A stretch of DNA of 64,000 nucleotides, taken from NCBI GenBank assembly GCA_965262855.1, contig OZ253563.1, positions 2,467,011 through 2,531,010 of the forward strand, in the 5' to 3' direction. The translations under genes and the position numbers were made by a program. The notes under the pieces are model-generated. The model was not told the origin of the DNA, did not search any database, and saw only the letters and a list, made by a program, of their open reading frames with translations. This stretch comes from Arenicellales bacterium. GTDB taxonomy: Bacteria; Pseudomonadota; Gammaproteobacteria; Arenicellales; JAJDZL01. Positions within the stretch are counted from its first letter, which is position 1; the number at the start of each line of letters is the position of its first letter. This document shows positions 59,575 to 64,000 of this stretch, in pieces.

Positions 59575-60294
59575 CCTGCGCCTGAAACACGGCTGGCATC
59601 ATCATGGTTTCGGCACGATACGCAATCATGTGGATAATGTCGAGTAGCCGGTAGCCGGTGACGCTGACAATCGACAATTGGCCTCTCAATACATCGAAAA
59701 AACGCGAAATTTTTTGAATCAATCGCTGTGACCAGTTTCTATTTTCGAATGCGGGAGGGCAATTAGCAAATTATTTGAGAAAAAACAAATAAATTGAATG
59801 ATTTATTCAGCTCATACTGAACGGATCAAACATCAGAGGTCAGGAAGCCTGATATTAGTCCTATTTACAAACTTCTGTGTCGGTGGCTTATTATTCATAA
59901 ACCGCCATTCTTTCTTAGGCGGATTTTGCATGATCACATCGGCGACCTGTTCCGGGGTTGCGGTAAGTATCGGTTCGGGTAGTTTGCGGTATTCGTTTTT
60001 TTCACGTTTTACTTCAATTCTCCTTCTTTGAATATTTTGGAATTCATAGAGAACAGTGTCGATAATCTCCCCCGGATCCGAAATTAGAAACTTATCGTAG
60101 CGATTGATTTGGAGATTTCAACCTTTTGGCGGTGAATTGAGGGACCGATTATTGATAGTAGGTGTCGCCAGCTGCGATGAGTGCCGATGGGCGAGTTTCC
60201 AATTGCTTGAAACGCAGTTTGGAAACCGATTCGTCAAAGTCCGCAAGTGTGAGAACCTTTCGCAGTCAAGCAATCGGCTGTCGTTTGCAGAAAT

Positions 60295-60969
60295 TTAATT
60301 GCCCTTAGCCGCAATTATCTGTAAATCCTGACTGTCGGACTGCAAAAAGGAGATAATGCGCTTCGATAAGGAGAGTCTTTCCAACCAACGGGGGTCATCT
60401 GATGCACAGTCTATCGCGTCCCACATAACAGAACACCGGTCAGACAACCCTCTTCCCATGATATGTGCTTTACGCGGATCAGACGGTGAGTACTCGTAGT
60501 AATCGGTTACTTCACCTTTTATTGACAATTTGTGCATCTGCAGCAGCTTGGAAAGTTTCGTGTCATTTGCAATCTCATGTTTCGCGATCGGAATTCTCAG
60601 CAACTTGAGATCATGTGCTAAGGTCTCAAACGTGTGGTTCTTACTCAAAAGCTTCCTAGCTATCAGAAGTCTGAAAACTTCATAGGATTCACAAATCCAG
60701 ATTTCAGAAAGCATGACTTGGTAATGGAAGCATAAATCTACGTCCGCAGTCAGTTGCTGTTGGAGGATTCCTGCGGCAGTTTCCTGCTTCATACATCTTA
60801 GCAATACATCGATGAATCCGATGCGCTGCATTGAAGCAACGAGTTCCGAGTCCGGTAATAATTCACCTCCAACTATAGCTGAGATTTTAATCCAGACATT
60901 AATGGTTTCTTGATGATGCATAGAAGCCTGTGAAAACGCTGCAGAAACTAACGACCTTACGTTTGTCAT
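60295..60969 (-). CDS. Orphan 224-aa protein with a possible HEPN-like Rx4-6H motif
   Basis: ATG 60969 is preceded by AAGGAG at 7 nt. The protein looks helical and carries LKLLRIPIAKHEIA (R-x5-H). No other family was recognised. Confidence 0.6.
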   Translation of the reverse strand: MTNVRSLVSAAFSQASMHHQETINVWIKISAIVGGELLPDSELVASMQRIGFIDVLLRCMKQETAAGILQQQLTADVDLCFHYQVMLSEIWICESYEVFRLLIARKLLSKNHTFETLAHDLKLLRIPIAKHEIANDTKLSKLLQMHKLSIKGEVTDYYEYSPSDPRKAHIMGRGLSDRCSVMWDAIDCASDDPRWLERLSLSKRIISFLQSDSQDLQIIAAKGN

Positions 60970-61260
60970 TTCAATCTCCTTGCTACCGAAACCGGTATTA
61001 TCAACTTTCGCTCCCGGTGCAAATGGCGCATGTTCTCCAGACACTGGGCACGTACAGCATCATTAAAAACATGTTAACGACACCCTATGACAATAGCCTC
61101 GATTACTGCCCACGGCCGGTAAGTGCTCGTCCACGGTTTGTTCTAATCGCAAGCCGCATATCATCTCTGCAACCTCCCCCAATCCAGCACAGGAGGTGAA
61201 CTTATGTTTGGTGTTTTGGAGTTTATAAGGTAGAGTTTGCATAAGCCTTGTACTCTTTAG

Positions 61261-62837
61261 TTAGTCGATCCTGAAAAATCCATTTATCCCGTGGTTGGAA
61301 GCAATTGAGTCGCGAACGAATTTGTTGATCGACTCTGTAACCATCGTGCACCGGAATTGAATTCCGTGATGAGACGATTTGCCCTCTCCCAACAGCGTAT
61401 CGGCGCCCAAAACCGTCCCCAAAAATCGAGACAAAAAAACCTCAGGCGCTTCAATATCAAGCGTAAATTATGTCCTGCACAGCACAGCAGCACGTTCATC
61501 TGATCACCGAGCGTGCCTTTGAGATAATTGCGTCCCAGCAATCCATCGCTCTTCAGGTGACCAATAATCGGTTCAATCGCCTGTCGACGTTTCAGGCTTC
61601 GCTTTAACCGTTGCGTGGTGATGCCTCGCTTCTGACCGGAAATATACACTTCGCTTAGACTCTCGCCATGCCCCCGGTAACCCCGATCCACAAAAACCTC
61701 ATCTATCCGCTGCCCGCTCATCCGACGTACCTGCTCCAGTACTCCAGTCAAAGTATGTCCATCATAGGGGTTGCCTGACAATGCCATCCCTCCGACCACG
61801 AAGTTACTCTTGTTGGTCGCCGCGATACTCACCTTCACTCCAAACTCATAATGCTTATGAGCTTTGCCCTTTGCAAGGCATTCCACTTCCGGAGCATGCA
61901 GGCTGTAGAGTTTGTTCTTGTCGTGTCGTTGCTGCTTCAACAACCGACGCGCTAACGACAGTTCCTCAGCAAACTGCCCTTGTCGTGTGGGGTCTGACGC
62001 AATCTTGCGTTCGATATCGCGAACCACACGTCCCAAATAGGTTCGCAGTGTTTTGACTTCGCGACGCATTCGACGATATTGCCGGGCATGGGCATATCTG
62101 TTCGCTTTGAGTAACGCTTTCGGTCCTTTTCGAGCATAACTCTGGCGAAGCACCACGGCATGTTTTCGGCATAAACGAACCAGCCGCTCACGCGAGCGGT
62201 TCAATAACCTGCTGTCGGTCGGATAACTCACCGCCTTCTCCTGGACCGTGGTATCCACCGTCACTCTTTTAAGATCCGAGGGTTTCACCACTTTACTTGT
62301 CACGCCAACAGTCACCGTGAGCTGCAGAATCAACTCACAGCCACTTTCGCCAATGCGCTTTCGATATCGGGTCATACTGCTCGGGTCAATCGGAAGTTTA
62401 TGCTGGAAATGGACTTCGCCGCAAAACTTCTGCCAGTAAGGATTCTCCACCCATCTGTCTACCACTTCCTCGTCAGACATGCCGTACATATGCTTCAGCA
62501 TTTGCAGACCCACCATCAGGCGAGTGGGTTTGCCGGGGCACCCTTTATTCGGGCAATACAGGGATCCGAAGCTTTCGTCGAACACCGACCAGTCGATCAT
62601 CTCGGCCAGGCGGTAGAGTTCGTGATTGCGGTTGATGATGTTGTCCAGTTGCAGTCGGAACAGGTCGAACTGGGTTTGATTTGAAGGTTTTTCAGGGATC
62701 ATTTTTCACTCCGAAATTGCAAGGAATTGACTATGAATTATAACATTACTTGCAATATCAGAACAGTGATTATGGAAGATTATATTAATATAAACAGCAT
62801 GTTATGTACTATTTATTGATTATTCAGGGACGACTAG
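61261..62837 (-). mobile_element. IS5-family insertion sequence (1577 bp), apparently intact
   Basis: IRs are TTAGTCGATCCTGAAAAA (61261-61278) and the reverse complement of 62820-62837, CTAGTCGTCCCTGAATAA (14/18). The 4-bp TSD TTAG lies at 61257-61260 and 62838-62841. Confidence 0.8.
61284..62702 (-). CDS. IS5 family transposase (DUF772 N-terminal domain plus DDE)
   Basis: QFDLFRLQLDNIINRNHELYRLAEMIDWSVFDESF...KPTRLMVGLQMLKHMYGMSDEEV...ENPYWQKFCG, and C-terminal DRGYRGH...IEPIIGHLK; 472 aa. Confidence 0.9.
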   Translation of the reverse strand: MIPEKPSNQTQFDLFRLQLDNIINRNHELYRLAEMIDWSVFDESFGSLYCPNKGCPGKPTRLMVGLQMLKHMYGMSDEEVVDRWVENPYWQKFCGEVHFQHKLPIDPSSMTRYRKRIGESGCELILQLTVTVGVTSKVVKPSDLKRVTVDTTVQEKAVSYPTDSRLLNRSRERLVRLCRKHAVVLRQSYARKGPKALLKANRYAHARQYRRMRREVKTLRTYLGRVVRDIERKIASDPTRQGQFAEELSLARRLLKQQRHDKNKLYSLHAPEVECLAKGKAHKHYEFGVKVSIAATNKSNFVVGGMALSGNPYDGHTLTGVLEQVRRMSGQRIDEVFVDRGYRGHGESLSEVYISGQKRGITTQRLKRSLKRRQAIEPIIGHLKSDGLLGRNYLKGTLGDQMNVLLCCAGHNLRLILKRLRFFCLDFWGRFWAPIRCWERANRLITEFNSGARWLQSRSTNSFATQLLPTTG

Positions 62838-62965
62838 TTAGCTTCCGGTTCACCCATTGGGTGAATCCCGAATCGTTCTAAAAGCTCAATTGTATAGGGC
62901 TTCCTTATTGCTTTGAGGTTTCTATATTCGGATCTGGGATCTCTGTGAATCGTTTTTTAGCACAC

Positions 62966-63451
62966 CTAATTACAGAAAATAGGATTCTTTTCGCAAAACC
63001 GTTTTCGATCACAGAAGTGCGGAACTCCCCATCCTTCATTCGCCATCAGTTCGCAAAACTTTTGCTCGTTTTCTTTCTTAATCTTGTTACTCCACGATTC
63101 TTGAGTAGAGACCTCTGGGCAATGCGCATAAAGAAGATCAATAGCTGCTATAAAACCTGCCTCAAACATCCGTTGCAGGAACAGAACATTGTCCTCGCCT
63201 AGGTCTTTTGCGGTGCTTAGTTGATCATTTAGTGATTGTGCATCAAGTACCTTTTTCAGATTTCTTGAATGTCTTCGTAATATTTGATCGACATACTTAA
63301 TGTTTTGTTTGTTGTAATCGTTCCAGACACTAGAAACTTCGGAATTGATCACAATAAGTGCCCCTTTCGGACAGATTCGATCAGCATTGACCGCATACGT
63401 TGGCGAAGCCACTAGCAATAAACATAGAACAACTAAGCATTTTGATTTCAT
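62966..63451 (-). CDS. Cys-rich secreted protein, function unknown
   Basis: ATG 63451 is preceded by GGAGGAG. It has the signal peptide MKSKCLVVLCLLLVASPTYA and several Cys clustered at the C-terminus. Confidence 0.55.
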   Translation of the reverse strand: MKSKCLVVLCLLLVASPTYAVNADRICPKGALIVINSEVSSVWNDYNKQNIKYVDQILRRHSRNLKKVLDAQSLNDQLSTAKDLGEDNVLFLQRMFEAGFIAAIDLLYAHCPEVSTQESWSNKIKKENEQKFCELMANEGWGVPHFCDRKRFCEKNPIFCN

Positions 63452-63469
63452 TGATCTCTCCTCCATGAT

Positions 63470-63781
63470 TTAAGCATAGGTAATCTTCCATCCTTCAAGT
63501 CTAGCAATCAGATACTCTTGACCACGATCACCTTTGATTCTATTGCAATGTCCGCAAAGCAACTGCAAATTTTCAATGTGATCCGTTCCGCCTTGTGAAC
63601 GAGCTATGATGTGATCAACTTCCAAACTTCGCATTTCAAAATGCTTGTGACATCCGTTGCAATTTCCAGCCTGCTAACCGTAAAGATGTCTTTTGTTATC
63701 CAGTGAGTTATAGAGCCTTGGAACTTTTATGTCGGTATGTTGAGGGATGTCGTTTCGTGCAATGATGTTTTCAAAAATCCC
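63470..63781 (-). pseudogene. HNH endonuclease remnant with an in-frame TAG
   Basis: The reading is ...KVPRLYNSLDNKRHLYG(TAG 63674-63676)QAGNCNGCHKHFEMRSLEVDHIIARSQGGTDHIENLQLLCGHCNRIKGDRGQEYL. There is no start codon, and the N-terminal part is missing. Confidence 0.6.
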
Positions 63782-64000
63782 CTAATCTTGTGCATCATCA
63801 TCCAGGCACTCTTTGGGGTTATGCCCAAATCATGGTGCAGCTTCATATTCGACACTCCCTTCAGGTTTGTAGTCATCAAATAGATAGCAATCGCCCACTT
63901 GCGATAACCTATTTTCGAGGACTGCATCAAAGTACCAGTTTTAACCGAGAAGTCATGCCTGCAAGAACGACATCGGTACATCGGTAAGGTTGGTTTCTGT
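63727..64000 (-). pseudogene. IS1595-type transposase N-terminal (zinc-ribbon/HTH) fragment, open at the window edge
   Basis: YRCRSCRHDFSVKTGTLMQSSKIGYRKWAIAIYLMTTNLKGVSNMKLHHDLGITPKSAWMMMHKIR. The frame is open to base 64000 and the DDE domain is absent. Confidence 0.55.

Larger units (their letters stand above)
57218..59770 (-). pseudogene. ORF remnant (about 141 codons, possibly a transposase C-terminus) split by the IS1634-family element
   Basis: 59770-59442 joined to 57314-57218 reads ...RNWSQRLIQKISRFFDVLRGQLSIVS...MLANYSANCSS...PLLPLIEELNATRTQFPGTELTLFYEL. There is no start codon, and the family was not recognised. Confidence 0.35.
57099..59883 (-). mobile_element. Internally deleted IS-like element of unknown family, host of the nested IS1634-family insertion
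   Basis: Inverted repeats 57152-57177 (ACTAATTTCAGACTTCCTGACCTCTG) and 59834-59859 match 24/26, and conserved CCGACACA tips lie at 57099-57106 and 59876-59883. Without the nested IS only about 0.66 kb remains. Confidence 0.45.
61045..62938 (-). mobile_element. IS1380-family remnant (left end plus decayed N-terminal coding part), split by an IS5-family element
   Basis: The reverse complement of 62938-62842 plus 61256-61045 is colinear with the left end of the intact IS1380 copy. Shared landmarks are the IRL-like CCCAGATCCGAATATAGA, the palindrome TTCACCCAATGGGTGAA, and GTACAAGGCTtATG. The ORF reads MQTLPYKLQNTKHKFTSCAGL...AVGSNRGY and then becomes frameshifted and truncated. Confidence 0.7.

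Noticed and set aside
37280-62938. Composite transposon bounded by the two inverted IS1380-type ends
   Set aside because: The enclosed 25 kb is core housekeeping DNA (polA, rpoN, lptABC, mlaFE). One end is a truncated, diverged relic without a transposase or right IR. This points to independent insertions rather than a mobile unit.
1-64000. Search for rRNA, tRNA, tmRNA-like T-arm motifs (GGTTCGAATCC-type), CRISPR-like regularly spaced repeats and obvious riboswitch cores
   Set aside because: None was found by eye. The only long direct repeat is the 133-bp pair flanking the IS1634-family element. A manual scan cannot exclude small ncRNAs.

Overview
This is a 64-kb chromosomal window, probably from a moderately AT-rich gammaproteobacterium. 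That origin is inferred from gene content and synteny only: fis-purH-purD-purE, cytochrome c4/engB/polA/DUF2782, and lptC-lptA-lptB-rpoN-hpf-ptsN divergent from mlaF-mlaE. About 55 protein-coding genes are supportable. Most are housekeeping: purine synthesis, pckA, hemF, waaA, uvrD, ilvE, pgi, polA, a TRAP transporter and the Lpt/RpoN cluster. I found no rRNA, tRNA or CRISPR array.

Accessory or unusual content:
(i) A malyl-CoA lyase plus malate-thiokinase-like operon (mcl-mtkAB) lies next to a TauD/TfdA dioxygenase.
(ii) A small islet at 24.9-28.2 kb holds a decayed transposase remnant and a class-II Fic protein.
(iii) An intact IS1380-family element with a 5-bp target duplication sits between cytochrome c4 and engB.
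(iv) A visibly GC-richer patch carries a Na/Pi cotransporter.
(v) From 55.8 kb to the right edge there is an IS-saturated, decaying island that begins exactly where mlaD should follow mlaE. It contains:
- a NYN-domain gene with an in-frame stop;
- an internally deleted IS carrying a nested GC-rich IS1634-family element flanked by a perfect 133-bp direct repeat;
- an orphan 224-aa protein with a possible HEPN Rx4-6H motif;
- an IS1380-like remnant split by an IS5-family element (TTAG duplication);
- a Cys-rich secreted protein;
- an HNH nuclease remnant;
- an IS1595-type fragment.
(vi) A 769-aa acidic protein is built from about 34-residue repeats.

All family assignments come from motif recognition by eye and recall; no database search was possible. 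I could not demonstrate a complete novel multi-gene system. The best candidates are flagged in the findings.
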